Source: Tricharina praecox
Lineage: Eukaryota
Direction: 5' to 3'
NCBI RefSeq assembly: GCF_024521635.1
Contig: NW_026250414.1
Span: 930,001 to 994,000, forward strand
Length of the DNA: 64,000 bases
Shown here: one piece after another, positions 1 through 13,140 of the stretch
Numbering within the stretch: position 1 is the first letter of the stretch
Layout of the letters: every line of letters starts with the position of its first letter
The notes under the pieces: generated by a model
The model's input: only the letters and a program-made list of their open reading frames with translations
Told to the model about the DNA's origin: nothing
The model's database searches: none
Position numbers and translations under genes: made by a program

Positions 1-3000
1 CGGCGCAACGGTGGGGTACCGTGCTTTGCCGTACTCTGCCGTCTCTACCGTGCCGTAGGTACCGAAGGGGGAGTAAATACCTCTGGCGAGGTGGATAATG
101 GGTGTGTATTTTATAGTACCGTGTAGTATCGTATAGTACCGTCTAGCACTATACCATAGAATATACGGGTTGACACTTGACAGTACCTACATACCATAGA
201 ATATACGGGTTAACAATATCGTATAGAATATACGGCTCGAGAAAGTATCCCTCTCCCCAAACCCAACCCGCCAACCCGCCAACCCGCAAAGTTCAAACCC
301 ACAACCTCCCACCTTCCCCATCCGAATCCTCGGCTATCTCGAGGATTAGAGTGGTGAGTAATATGTCCCTAGGTATGTCCCTAGGTATGTCCCTACCTAG
401 AGTACATACATACATACATGCCGTACATCGGTGGGAGGGGGGGTCTGCCTGGGCAGGCCTTGCCTTGCCCTTGCCCTTGCCCTTGCCGGGGGAGGGGGGA
501 GGGGCGCAGGCCAACGCCTGTTTTGGGCCAGGGAATCGGACTGCTGCACAGGCACCAGCACGAAGAAGAGAAATAGTATGCTATGTAGGAGGGCGGCAAT
601 TCCGTCACGTTGGCGGTCGGCGGAAAGATTATTCATAATTCGTGCCTGTATGATACCTACCGTATGTAACTAACTAGGGGGGGGGGGGGGGGGGGGGGGG
701 ACGTGGTATGCCTAATCGTGGCGGAGCCTCCTGCTCCTGTCGAGTATACAGTATCATACGGAGTAGAGTTGGTGCCTCGCATGTCAGCGGCTGGCGGCTG
801 GCAGGCAAGCAGGCAGCCCCCACTGTTTTCTACCTACTTGTTGCTGGACCTTCATCTACAGTAGGTAGAGTACTGTTGCATCTATTTCACCCTACATACA
901 TACAGCCAGCCAGCCAATTGGCCGCCCGCCGATGCAGGTATCGACGAGGGAAGGTCGAATTCCCGTCCGTGATTGGATGCGCCGACGACGATGGGAAATT
1001 TCCTCAACGCGGGGGCCGAATGGCTGGGAAGTAGGTGGGAAGTAGGTGGGAAGTAGCTACCTTCTGAACGCGACGGAAGGAAAGAACTCCAGGTTGGGTT
1101 CGGATGCTGCCAGGCAGGCCATCAGGCCACTTTCTTTTGAAAGAGACGAGACGAAATGAAACATGCCTCCTCCTCCTCCTCTTCTTCTTCTTCTTTTCTC
1201 TTGCTTCCGCCTGACCGGAGGAAGACGGGTGCTGGACGAGGCCGGCACTGGCACTGAGGGGGCATGGGGGCGCAAGTTGCGTCCACACCGTGGAATTCCC
1301 GACGCGCGAAATCGGCGGGTTAGATTAGAGTACACTTCTACCGGCTCCGGCGAGCGGGCGTATTTCGCGGTCTGTCGATCAGTCGGTAGCTTCCCTCCCC
1401 CCACTCCCTCCCCCGCGCACTCCCTCCCCCGCGCAACTATTCTACCCCGCGCGCGCGATGGCCCGCACGGCCGCACCCCGTCTGATCAGTGCCGTTGGGG
1501 TGTCGGGGAACGCCTCTCAGCACTTGCGACTCGAACCCTTCACCCTTCACCCGTGTCTGACTTCCTTCCTTCCTTCCTTCCTTCCTTCCTTCCTTCCTTC
1601 CTTCCAAGTTCTGTCTGTCTGGCTGGCTGGCTGACTATCCACTGGCCGCTTACGAGCGCGAGCACGAGCGCGAGAGCGAACGACGATCCGATCTTGCAAG
1701 ATTCGGATGTGCAGTACCTACTCTACTGCAGTGCACTGTGCAGCGGTGCGGTGCAGACTCCTGGTGCAGACTGTATGGTGCGGTGCGGTGCTGAGGTGAG
1801 AACGATAGGGCTGAATTACCGTTACTCTACTTGCTCTACGATACGGTAGGTACTCTGGGTAGGGTAGTTAGAGTAGAGTGGGTAAAAGTGCTCTGACAGG
1901 TTCTCGGTAGATCTGCGGATTCTTGGCGGTTGGGGAGGGGGGAGGGGGGTGAGATGAGAAAGATGGGTAAGATGGATGGGTAAGTAGGTGGACGGGTGAT
2001 GGGGTGGGTTGGGTTGGGGGGAGCAGAGGAGGAGCGGGAGCGGGAGGGGCAGAAGGACTGGGAGGAGTCAGCACGCAGTAGCTATCGTTGGTCAAAGTCA
2101 AAGTGAGCAGGAAGGTAGGCGGACCCGGTTCGGTTCGGTTGGTGAACTGTGCTGTGCTACCTAACGTATGATGTACGGTAGTTACTGTGCTGTGCCCGCG
2201 ATTGCCATCGCAGAGTAGAGTACATATCGTCGGGGAGCGTGAGCGTGAGTGAGGCTCAGTTGTCGATGCAGGTTGCAGGTTGCACACTCGCAGACTTGCA
2301 GGCTGCAATTTCAGTGTCTGTTTACGATTCCGCTTTCCGTTTACGCTTCCGTACAGAGTAACTCAACTACTGACCCAAGCAAGAATTTGATACTCTACTC
2401 CAATAACCATCCGCGACGCACTATACTTGTCATCGTCCCGCATCGTGGCTCGTCGAGATACCATGCTCAATCGCTCTGTAAGAGGTAGCTGGTCACTCTT
2501 AGGTAACTGCCCAAGTACATTCTACTGGCGATGACTGCAACACTGTCGAGCACTTGCCCCCCCCTCGCCCCCGCCGGCCGGTCAGTCTGTCGGTCGATCA
2601 ACCTGTCGGTCTAATAGTATTACCCCGATCACATCCCGCACTGGGATTGTGTATTGATAATTGTCCGAGCTGAACGTGTACTCTAACTATACCTACCACG
2701 TACCTAGTACCCAGTAGCAGTAGTACCTCCCTCCCTCCCTCCTCCCTCCGCCAACTCTATTCCCTCCGTTCGCTCGCGAGGGGCGGATCGAGCTGAACAA
2801 TCCCGCCCGCCTATGTACATACGTGCTCCCGCCTGCTCCCGGATGCGCGGAAACACCTGCGGTTCCCCTCCCCTCCCCCTCTCCTCTGCGTTGCTGATTG
2901 AGTTCACACTCAGCTTATGCCATGGCCTCGCTCCTTCCTTAGTCAACGTCCGCGTCCAATCCCCCGTCCAATCCTGCCCCGTTCCATGGGCCTCACGATA

Positions 3001-3001
3001 G

Positions 3002-3046
3002 GCAGAGCAGAGCAGAGCAGAGCAGAGCAGAGCAGAGCAGAGCAGA
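3002..3046. repeat. (GCAGA)n pentanucleotide microsatellite, ~9 copies
   Basis: Directly visible tandem array. Confidence 0.9.
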
Positions 3047-3492
3047 GTACATACGCGGGCACGATTCCTGATTGGAATATTGGAATATTGGAATGCAGGC
3101 ACTGGGTAGGCAGGTGGACAGACCGTAGGCAACGATATGGAGATGAGAGGCCTGAGGCGGAATTGCAGACTTGCAGTGTCTAGACTCTAGCCCCGTCGCG
3201 CTCGCCGCGCTCGTCGCTGATGCGACGTGTGTATGTATATATGTGTGTATGTATATATGTGTGTATGTATATATGTGTGTATGTAAGAGGTAAGAGGTAA
3301 GAGGGAGGTACTTACGTACATACGGGGTACGGTGGCAGAGGCGGAAACGTAAGTATAGCAAGTAAGTAGGCGCTGACCGACTCGCAATATTTAGAGTAGG
3401 TGCATACAAACCTCGCCTCTGCGAGTCCGCGGTGGTGGGCTCACGGTTCAACAGGTAGGCCTGGTAGGGTTCTGGCATCTGCTTCTGCTTCC

Positions 3493-3597
3493 CTAAGCCG
3501 TGGGGCCATGATGACTGCTGACATTACAGCCGTTGGGGTTGATTGGGTTGGTTGCGGAGATCTCGATGATGACACTGCAAAGTTGCTGCACTGTCAT
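3493..3597 (-). CDS. Candidate 34-aa small ORF (MTVQQLCSVIIEISATNPINPNGCNVSSHHGPTA) in a putative spliced transcript
   Basis: On the minus strand: TATAAA at 4102-4107, an ATG-free putative exon 1, a GTGAGT donor at 3940, and a TAG acceptor at 3605-3607 seven nt before an ATG with A at -3. Branch site is poor and I recognise no homologue. Confidence 0.3.
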   Translation of the reverse strand: MTVQQLCSVIIEISATNPINPNGCNVSSHHGPTA

Positions 3598-5084
3598 AGT
3601 GAATCTACCGTAGTGTAGGCCCGACGCGACGCGAACAGCCCCAGCCCCAGCCCTATGAGGCAGTGACACCACCTTTACCACCACCAGTACTACCACCACT
3701 ACCACAAGGCGGGGAGGAATCGGGGGAGCGAGGAAAATCGGGGGAAGAAGGAGTCTGGATTTGCAAAGCGTATCCCACCATCCATCGCGCGCAGAAAAGA
3801 AAAGAAAAATCCCGTCTGCAGAGTGATCCGGTCTTGTCTGGTCATGCGGCGCAACGCACATTCCATTCCCTCCCATTCGCACATTCGCAGTTGCTGCTGC
3901 ACTGCTGCTGCTCCTTCTAGAAGCTGTACAGAACACTCACACGGCGGCGGCTGAGATTTCTGTCCTGGGATGGATGGGTGGTGGGATGGGGGGGAGGGTG
4001 GGGAGGGGGGGATGGGGGGGAGGGTGGGGAGGGGGGGATGGGGGGGATGGGGGGGAGGGGGCTGGAAAACGAAGTGTGTGCGTGCTGTGTGTGTGTCTTC
4101 GTTTATAGAGTACGATGGTTACCAGAGCGACTCGTCGAACTGTCCAGTGTCGACACAGCACAAGCACAGCACAGCCTCTTTCGACGCGATGCAACCCGAA
4201 CCAACTGCAGATGGAAAGATGTATGCACATGCACATGCATCACGAGGGAATTTAGTTTTTCTTTCTTTTTCTTTTTTCTTTTCCTTTCGGGTTTCTTTTC
4301 TTCTTTCTTTGCTTTGTGGGCTTTCTGTGCTTTCACAGCCGGCCAATGGCTGCAGACGGTCGGCAAAAGCTCAAAGTCCACAGTTCAAACCAAACCGCTG
4401 TGCTCCGGTTACTCTACCACCGCAACTACCAGTTGATAAGTAACATAGCTGGCTGCTCGATGCTGGCTGCTCTTGCTCGATGCTTGCGAATGTTTCCGTG
4501 CTTGCTGCGCGTCGACGTCAGGGGCGTCGTCGTCGCTGCACTCGCTGCACTCGCTGCACTGCTGCAGGGCTCGCTCTCCCCAGAGAGAGTAACTAATCAC
4601 CTCCCCCCCTCCCTCCGGTCGCTCCGTTCGCTCCCTCCTCGGTTCCCCGGAAGGCACAGTTGACTCTGATCTGATCTGCTGGGGGGGCCCAGGGCTGGGC
4701 TGGGCTGGGCTTGGTTGGGCTGCCGACGCCTTCCGCGCGCCGTAGTCTGTTCCGCCTGTGGTCAGGCCTCTAACCACCAGCACTAGTCCTATGTAGCAAC
4801 GTCGTCAACCCGCATGGGGTAGAGCTAGGTAGGCCGTCGGCACCGGCCGGTGGCCGACGGCGCCAGTGCCAGTGCTAGAGCTACATAGAGACAGAACTGG
4901 CACACCTCCGATCACTCGCGCAGGACGAATGCAAGGGAAAACCCTCCGAACTGCGCCTGGGGAGTCCGCCTTGAGGCTCTGGGGTGCCGAGCCGTGCAGT
5001 AGCTGCCTACATATGAGAACCCTTGCTACTCCCGGAGGAGAGAGCTGGAAGCTGGTGGTGTATGTAGATATGATACCGGTTCCA

Positions 5085-5168
5085 CTGCTGCTGCTACTGC
5101 TACTGCTGCTGCTACTGCTGCTGCTGCTGCTACTGCTGCTGCTGCTGCTACTGCTACTGCTGCTGCTA
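5085..5168. repeat. (CTG/CTA)n trinucleotide microsatellite, ~28 units
   Basis: Directly visible; produces spurious poly-Leu and poly-Ser ORFs. Confidence 0.9.
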
Positions 5169-7532
5169 CTCGAAACTCGAAACTCGAAACACCACTGGGT
5201 CGGCCGCCGCTGTGTGGCGCGGAACGTCGCCAATGCCCACCATACCGTACTCTCTGGTACTGTGGAATACTACCTGGTAGCCAAGTTCTTCAGCCTTACC
5301 CCGACGTCGGTAGAGTAGTATTCAGACTATTCGGGTATCTACATGCAATCCGCATTTACCTATCTAAGTACCTAAAGTTACATGTAGAGTGGACATATGT
5401 AGGTGCACGGAGCACGGAGCACGCCGTGATCACTGATCACTGATCGCGGGAGGCGGGGATAGACGTTGGAGGTATAATTGGACCGAACGATAGCTATTAA
5501 CTACCGGTATAGCGGAGATCTAAAAGCAGGCTGGCCGTGGCTGTCGGTGCTTTTTCGGTATAATCAGTGCGAAGCTTTTTGAGCCGGGGGTGTGTACTCT
5601 ACAGTGTGATCGTGGCCCGCAGCCGCAGGCCCGCGGTGGCTGCCTACATACCCGATATACCTGATCGCCACGAGTGGTGAATATACCAAGTACCTACCGA
5701 TCTGCGCGCCGCAAGGCCAGCCAACCAGCCAACTAGCCTGCCAGAAAGTGCTCGGCTCTACATCCCTAGATCCCTTCCTCCCTTCGACCCTCAGGCGTGG
5801 CTCCAGATACCTCACAAACAACCTCACAAATAACCTCACACCTCACACTCCCCCCCCCCCCCCCCCCCCCCCCCCCACGCCCTCACACTCAGCTCACACT
5901 CAGCTCACACTCAGCCGCACGGCACCGTACAGTACACCTGCTCGAAACGTGCACTGCTTCCAAGCGAGCGCCGAGGCGTTGGCAGCATCGACAGCAGCAG
6001 CACCAGCACCAGCCCTAAATCCTTACGTTAGAGTACGCACATACTTTATACTTACATTACATATACATACGCTAGGTGTACGTGCCCAAGGCGTTTGGCC
6101 CCCCCACCTTACACATCCCCTCCGATCCCCCTACCTTACACCACCTACCCAACAGAACAGACAGAACAGAACAGACACCGGAGCGGAGTCGAGTCGAGTG
6201 GGCAATATCGTATCGCATCGTATCGAAATGTTGCAATTGCGATTGAGTGGGGGGTACTCTACTCTGATGGCATGCATGTTCTCTCCGCCTCCGGGATTGA
6301 GTCATCTGTACGGAAACGGTAGACGCGATGCGAAGATGGTGTGGTGTGAGGCGCGAGCTGTGGTACCGCATGGACTCCACGGCACGTCACTCGCGCACTG
6401 CTCACTGCTCACCTCGCGTAGTAGGTGGGCTGAACGGTCTCGCTCGCTAGGCGGACAGGTGAGATGTGAGATGTGGGACGGACGGAACCGTGCTGCGGGG
6501 GATGGCCGCTCAAACTTCAGAGCACCCAGTCACTTCTCTGGCTGCTAATTCGGTGTCTGCTTGCCTGCCTACGTACGGTACCTATCCACTGTCCAGTGAC
6601 ATGGAACTACTATGTAGCTGCTGGAGCCTACGCTGTTCATAGACTCTACAGCTATTCTCGTATCAAATCACAGGGAGTCGGGGACTACCTAGAGGCTAGG
6701 TTGGGTACCCAGCCCTATAAACGCATATCGACTGCCGGGTTATTGGTCGGGGGTACGATCGTAGCAGTTTCAAGTCAAGTCAAATCAGTCAAGTCAGCCA
6801 AGTCAAACGGGAGGGATTAACCGTTAGAGTGCTTACTCTATTTACATACACGACATACATCCATAATACGGGGAATAGTAATCACGGGACGGAGTGACCA
6901 TTGGAGTTCCATGGACAAGCTCCACGCCTCGACGCCTTGCCTCGCCGTTGCCCGATAGGTCGGTATTTTGATGCAGCTCACACCGGTAGGTGCTAGGTAC
7001 CTGGTAGGTAGAACCCCCCGTCGCCTCAGGGCTGAAGAGGCTCAGCCACGAGAGAGTCGCGAGGAGAGAGTCTCGTGCGAGATCAATCGGATGCCTACTA
7101 CTAGTTCTATTCTGCTACAGCTAATTACCTAAGTAAGTAGAGTACCGTTCGGTCGTCGATCGACACCCGGTTCATTTTGTTGCTTTGTATGTACGGAATC
7201 ATCCATGTGGGTACGGTACGTACCCGACTCACCTAGGCCGCATACCGTACGCAAACCTTGAATTCGGCCCGGCTCAACTATCCTTTTTCTTCTTTTCATT
7301 TCATTTCCTTTCCTTTTCCTTTCCTTTTCTTTTCTTCTCTTCTACTGTCCTTTTTCTAGCACTCCAATATCTGCCTGTCTGCGGGCGCAGGAACGGAGCG
7401 TAAACACGACGATCTCGGCGTGTCCACCCGTCCTTCTCGATGGGGGGAGATATGCGGCTGCGGCTGCGGATACGATTCGCCGTGCTCAGCATGGGCAATG
7501 GGCATTTTCGTATTGGCCGGCCTGGTCGGCTC

Positions 7533-7568
<36 letters not shown>

Positions 7569-8079
7569 CGGCGAAAACTCGGCGGGTTTTCTTCGACGGG
7601 TACTCTAGGCCTCCAACTTACTTACATACCGTGGTTACTTACTCTGCCTACTCGAGATTACTGGTAGAGCACTCTATTGGCATTGCATGTTTGCAAAGTA
7701 GAGTGGAGTAGAGTAGAGCAGGCAGATCCAGCAGGCAGATCCAGCAGGCAGATCCAGCAGGCAGAGCAACCACAACAACCACCACAACCAGAGCAAGCAA
7801 ATCACCAGCGCAGCCGGGCGTTTGGTCTAATCGGGCCCTCGATTCCTCGCAGGCCCGCCCGCATCTCATATAACAGGAAGAAAATAACGAGGAAAAATAC
7901 TACCAACGCGCATCATACACTCTCTCCCGTCATAGGACGGTTGATCCCCCTCCAGTACATACCAGTGCCAGTGCCAGTCATAGTCGCAGTTCCACAACCC
8001 GCACCAAAAGCCAACCCGCACCACAAACCCCGCACGCCCGCATACATAGAGTAGAGTACATGCATGCATGGAAGCCTGC

Positions 8080-8154
8080 AAAGAACCACAAAAGAACCAC
8101 AAAAGAACCACAAAAGAACCACAAAAGAACCACAAAAGAACCACAAAAGAACCA
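8080..8154. repeat. 11-bp minisatellite (AAAGAACCACA) x~6.8
   Basis: Perfect tandem copies. Confidence 0.9.
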
Positions 8155-11100
8155 AAGAAAAGAAAAAGAAAAAAAAGAAAGGCTCGCAGAGTCGCAGGGT
8201 TGCAGGAATGTTCGCAACGCCCATCCAATGCCCAGTGCTTCCACTGCTTCCAGACGATTCCCGTATTCGGCCGCGAGCATATGCAGTTGGAACTTTGGCG
8301 GCGTCATCGCCGTCCAGAACTTCAGGACTCCGGCCTCCGGAACTCCAGGTGAGTTCTGAGTGCTCAGCGGAAATTGGGAAGCGGGCGCGACCCCGACTAC
8401 GATCAGCTGCAGACTGCAGACTGAATCCGTGTTGGTCGTGTTTGTGGACACTGGAAGACCGATGCGGCGGCGGCCGCCGGACGGGCGGACGGCAGAGACA
8501 GAGACGGGGATGGCGAGGATGTGCACGTAATTGTGTACGTAACCAGGGAGGAATGTATGTGGATATGTTATATATGTGGATATGTTATATGTGTGCACAC
8601 GGTGATATCATAGTGCTTGCGTACCACGGTCCACAAGGACTCAACTTTCAGGGAGTGTATGGGATGGGAACATGGGAACATGGGAAAAGCGCCGTGCCGT
8701 GAGCCACGGGTGCGGCAGGTGGAACAGCCGCTCCCTTTCCTCCGGGGACTGGCGGCGGTAAGTCCGAGTGAGGCGACGGGTGCGTGCATCGCGGCATTGC
8801 CCTCCGTGTGTATGCAACAGTGCAACAGTGCAATAGTGCAACAGGGCAATAGTGCAGCCGAGGATCGGAGGAATGGACGTCCGTCTCCGTCTCCGGCTCC
8901 GGCTCCGGCTCCGGCCGCCGTGTGTATCATAGATTCATGGAAACATAGTATGTACTGGCTGCTTCGTTTCGAGATCTGTTGGCAGCGGGGCGGGGGGGGG
9001 GGGGGGGGGGGGGGGTTGTCGGAGATGGTAAAATCTGCATTCTCATTCGCAATCGTGTATACCAGGCGAGAGAGGTTACATCGACCGCAAGCCCTCCTAC
9101 CTATCTTAGTAGTCTCCGGAGCCATCACTCGCTCTCTCAGGGCATACCGAGGCCGTTCTCTAAAGGCAGTGCATATCTGCGGGAGATGCATATACATACG
9201 GCACAGTACTCGACGGTACGGCACATCCGTCCGGCGCGCGCGCACACGGAGCTCTGCATAGTCAATTGCATATTCAATTCCTTCGAGCCATCGATGATGG
9301 CATCGCATGCCTGCACATCGGTGCATGTCGGTGCATGTCGGTACAGGGAGCGGGTCCGGGCCCCGGGCTGGCTGGCCACGTTTGCACGACGAACGGGGAA
9401 GGGGCATGTTGTGAGACTCGATGCACGGGATGGATGGATGGATGGATCGATACGACGACCACAACCTTGAACCTTCAACCAACACGGTTGGTTTTGCATA
9501 CATTATGTATGTAGCTGTCAAACGTTGCAGTTTCATGACCCGAATGAATGAACGAACGGACGAGCTGTTTATTTTTTTGCTCGGGAATGGCACATGCATG
9601 CATGCCACTGCTTCGAGTCTTCTGGGGTGGAGGGGGCCGGCGAATTGCAGCGAGGGAAGTGCCACGAACGAACGAACGGAATCGGAGTTTCGTCGCCGGA
9701 TTACGAGCGCACGCACGTACGCGTGGATACGAGATTTAACTACTCTTCACTTCGGAGACGACTCAACGGCGATGATTGATCTTTGCTTGGGTTCCGGCAC
9801 ATATTCCGAGTCACTTCTAGTGATCCTTCCGCCCCCGACATCGCGGTGATCCGGACACAGGGAGGTGTCTATGATAGGTATGAGGGGGACAGACAAACAC
9901 CGATTACCTGTATCGGACATGGCTGGCGTAAAGCTGGCCGGCTCTCGGCGGTAATTACATACGTGCTTACGGGATTGCGGGATTGCCTGCGCGCAACGGC
10001 TATTCCGATCACTACCACAAGGGTTCCTAGATAGAACGACGACGATCCGGAGAACAGATGTCAGGGACACACTGACGAGCGGCATCGCCAAGGCTCTAGC
10101 CAGGAAGATCCCGTAATTTCTACCGATGAGACCTACTATAGGTACATACAAGCATCAATCGGGAAACTTCCAATTAAACGTCGTGACTCGTGAATCGTGA
10201 GGAATAGCAGCCAGTGACAGCTGAAACTTCAAAGCAACCGCAAACACCGTTTAGCACCAGTGCAGGACACCGAAATTGCCCAGCATTCTGGCTTGCTTCT
10301 GTAGAGTACGTCCGCTCTCCAGACTCCAGGAAGCCAGGCTATGCCCCTCCAGAGACCCGCGGCGCCGTGCCATCGATGACCGATCTCGGCATCCCGCCTG
10401 AGCCTCCTCCATTCCATTCTTGCAAGATGGGCCTGGCAGATATACACTTCATTTGCTCAGCAGACCCGAGAATGGCCGTAAAGTGATATTTAGTTGCTGT
10501 ATTTGAATATAGTGAGCTGCACACACCGGTGTCCACTGTCCATGCGGAACGCGATTCGATTCATGGACAGGTGGCTGGCAGGATGCGTGTGGATAGAAGG
10601 CTACCCGGATGTCAATAGTACTGTTTACGGATCCATATACTAATCCGATATCCATCACTCTTTGCGTACACGCGATGGATAGCTAAGATAGGATGTTGCC
10701 GTGTAGGCGGCTGCAAGTCATGATATATCACCCGGCTTCGCGGTTTTATCACGTTTTTACTTGTCTCTTTTATAGTAGGTAACTGACTTAGTACTACTGC
10801 TTAAGAGCTGTCGGCGAGAGGAGAAAGTGTAGGTGGACTTCCTCCGGCAGGAGAAAACGAATGTATCAACGTTGGTTGGCATGGCATGGCAGGGCCGACA
10901 ACTGAGCGAGGCGGGGGATTTAAACTGGGTCGAGTGGGGTTTTCTTCTTCTCTCTAGATCATCATCTATCAAATAGAAGGTCAACTCCCATCTCCGCTCT
11001 CTCCTCTGTGCATGCTCCCTTCCTCGTCCGAACGCCTGTCGGCCTGGAGAGGCATTGTCAAAGGGCCCTCGCAAAACCACCACCACAAAAGCACCACAAA

Positions 11101-11395
11101 ACCAAGCGCATTATCGAGGCTGTGCAGCTCAAATGGAGTATTTGGTGTGTTAACTAATCATACTCTTTTGCGAGGGCGCTTTCGCCAATGCCTCTCCAGG
11201 CCGGGAAGCGGGTCGAGAGGGAGAACACACAAGGAGAGAGGATGTAGACGTTGGTCGTCTATTCTGTAGATGATGAGAGAAAGAATAAGAAGAAGAAGCA
11301 GACGACTAAGGGAGCAGGCGACTCGCTGACTCCGCCGACGTTGAGGCTTCTGATGCAACAAAGAGAGAAAAAATGGAACCATGGTAAAAGAAAAA

Positions 11396-11485
11396 TACAC
11401 TGTGCGGGAATCGAACCCACGGCATTACCTTATATCCTATTCCGGTGAATGGGAAGGTAATATGTTACCCCTACACCAACAGTGT
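11396..11485 (-). tRNA. tRNA-Gly(CCC) with a 19-nt intron (11431-11449)
   Basis: Reverse complement folds as a cloverleaf: acceptor ACACTGT/ACAGTGT, anticodon stem TTACC/GGTAA with loop TT-CCC-A^A, T arm GTGGG-TTCGATT-CCCGC. The intron is at the canonical 37/38 site, mature length is 71 nt, and a T5 Pol III terminator follows immediately. Confidence 0.93.
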
Positions 11486-13140
11486 TTGTACATGCCCAGT
11501 TACAGTCAGGTATCATATAGTCCAAATTATAGCACCAGTTAAAGATGTGACCACGCATTCCCGGCATACGCCAGCACGGCGCACTTTACGATAAACTTTT
11601 CCCGAGTGAATACCAAATCCGCTGGCTCATATGTGTAGGTACGCATCGCATCACAGTTCCCACCCGCTCGACACATGCCACCGATGCGAACACGGACGCA
11701 GAAAAGTCCGCATCTCCGATCCCGCGGTCCGGGCTGCAGCAACGATATCCACGGGCGGGCGGGCGGATCCTCTCCTCTCGCCCGTCCCCCGCACTACCAA
11801 CTAGAGCATACATAGAAGTCGCGCACGCCCCCGTGTGCTGTGCGGGCATAAAAAGTCTTCCACCAGCCAGCCCACTTTTCCCCACCAACCACCGAGCACC
11901 GACCACAAGCCACCAAACACCAAACACCAACCACCGTCTGGCTGGCTGGCGGCTCGCGCCAAACCCGCACGAGTTTTCACCCACGCCCCCGCCCCCGCTC
12001 CTCCTCGCCCCGGTATTCCCCGCGGAGCGGAGCTAATGCCCGTTGCGAGTTGACACATCCGCTACGTATGGGATGGGACAAGTGGCGATAGAATGCGGTT
12101 AGGTGGCGGTGACGATCGCTTAAGTTGTGTATACGCGGATCTTGGCGGGGGGTTGGGAGTGAGTTTGCCAGCCGGGGGGATGGAGAGGATGGGATTGATG
12201 GTGGCGGAGATGGCGATGGAGATGGCGATGGAGAGGGAGAGGGAACCTGCAGAGTCCAGACGGGGCCGCGGTGTCGGTGGGTTATCACGGAGGTGTTGAA
12301 AGTTGCGAACGGGCCACTCGACACATGCTATATACGTCATCCCGGCGGACCAGCCACTGATTCTCTCGCGCTCGCTCGGGATGCCGAGGTGCCACCGTGC
12401 CATGCCAGCCTTGTGCCAAGGTAGTAGTTGCGAGGGCAAGGATATCCCTGACATCGGCTCGCAAGTGTCGTCATTTGCCGATCCACCGGGTGGATGCGAG
12501 AAGGAAGGCAGGAGAGTCGCCGTTGGGGGAAGGTTATGTATCGATGGTGATACCTCGCCGCGGAGAGCACGCCATCATGCCGGCAGTGAGAGGATGTGCA
12601 ATTGATTCACGCGGCCATCGGAGTTTGGCTGCCTGGCAGCGATAACGTCGTGTTACCGTACCCGCGGGTAGACAGGCGGGAACGTGCAACTTTTGTTCAG
12701 TATCAGATCATGAAGAGAAAGGGCCGTGACAGCTACATAAAAGTCAAAAGGAAAAGAACTCTACATATACCTACTACCGGTAGAGTATGGATAGCTAACT
12801 TGGCAGCTCAAGCCAAGGGAATTGTATGTATGATGCCTACCTACTCATGTACTCCTGAGTCCTGGAGAGCTCTTGGTGCCTGCCTAATATCCCGGCGTTT
12901 TCCCGCTTTCCCTTAGCCCTGTACCGTAGTTAGTGGGGCACGGCGATCTCATAAAATTCAATCTGCAACGTATGATATGTAGAACGCGTGCAAGCTGCAG
13001 GTAGGCGTCCTTCGATCCATAATAGATACCCGCGCGCAGGCGGGAAGGGGGACGAGGTGGGGCGTATATAACCCGCCGCTGATCCCGCAAATGTGATCTG
13101 TAGACTACGTGAGCCGAAAAATCTCCCACGATCCGATACA

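Noticed and set aside
4805-5318. Poly-Leu and poly-Ser ORFs
   Set aside because: Translation of the (CTG/CTA)n microsatellite.
177-12916. Numerous 60-380 aa ORFs in the ORF track (e.g. 1163-1849, 5748-6548, 8568-9716)
   Set aside because: They run through microsatellites and homopolymers, overlap on both strands, and show no recognisable motifs or codon bias.
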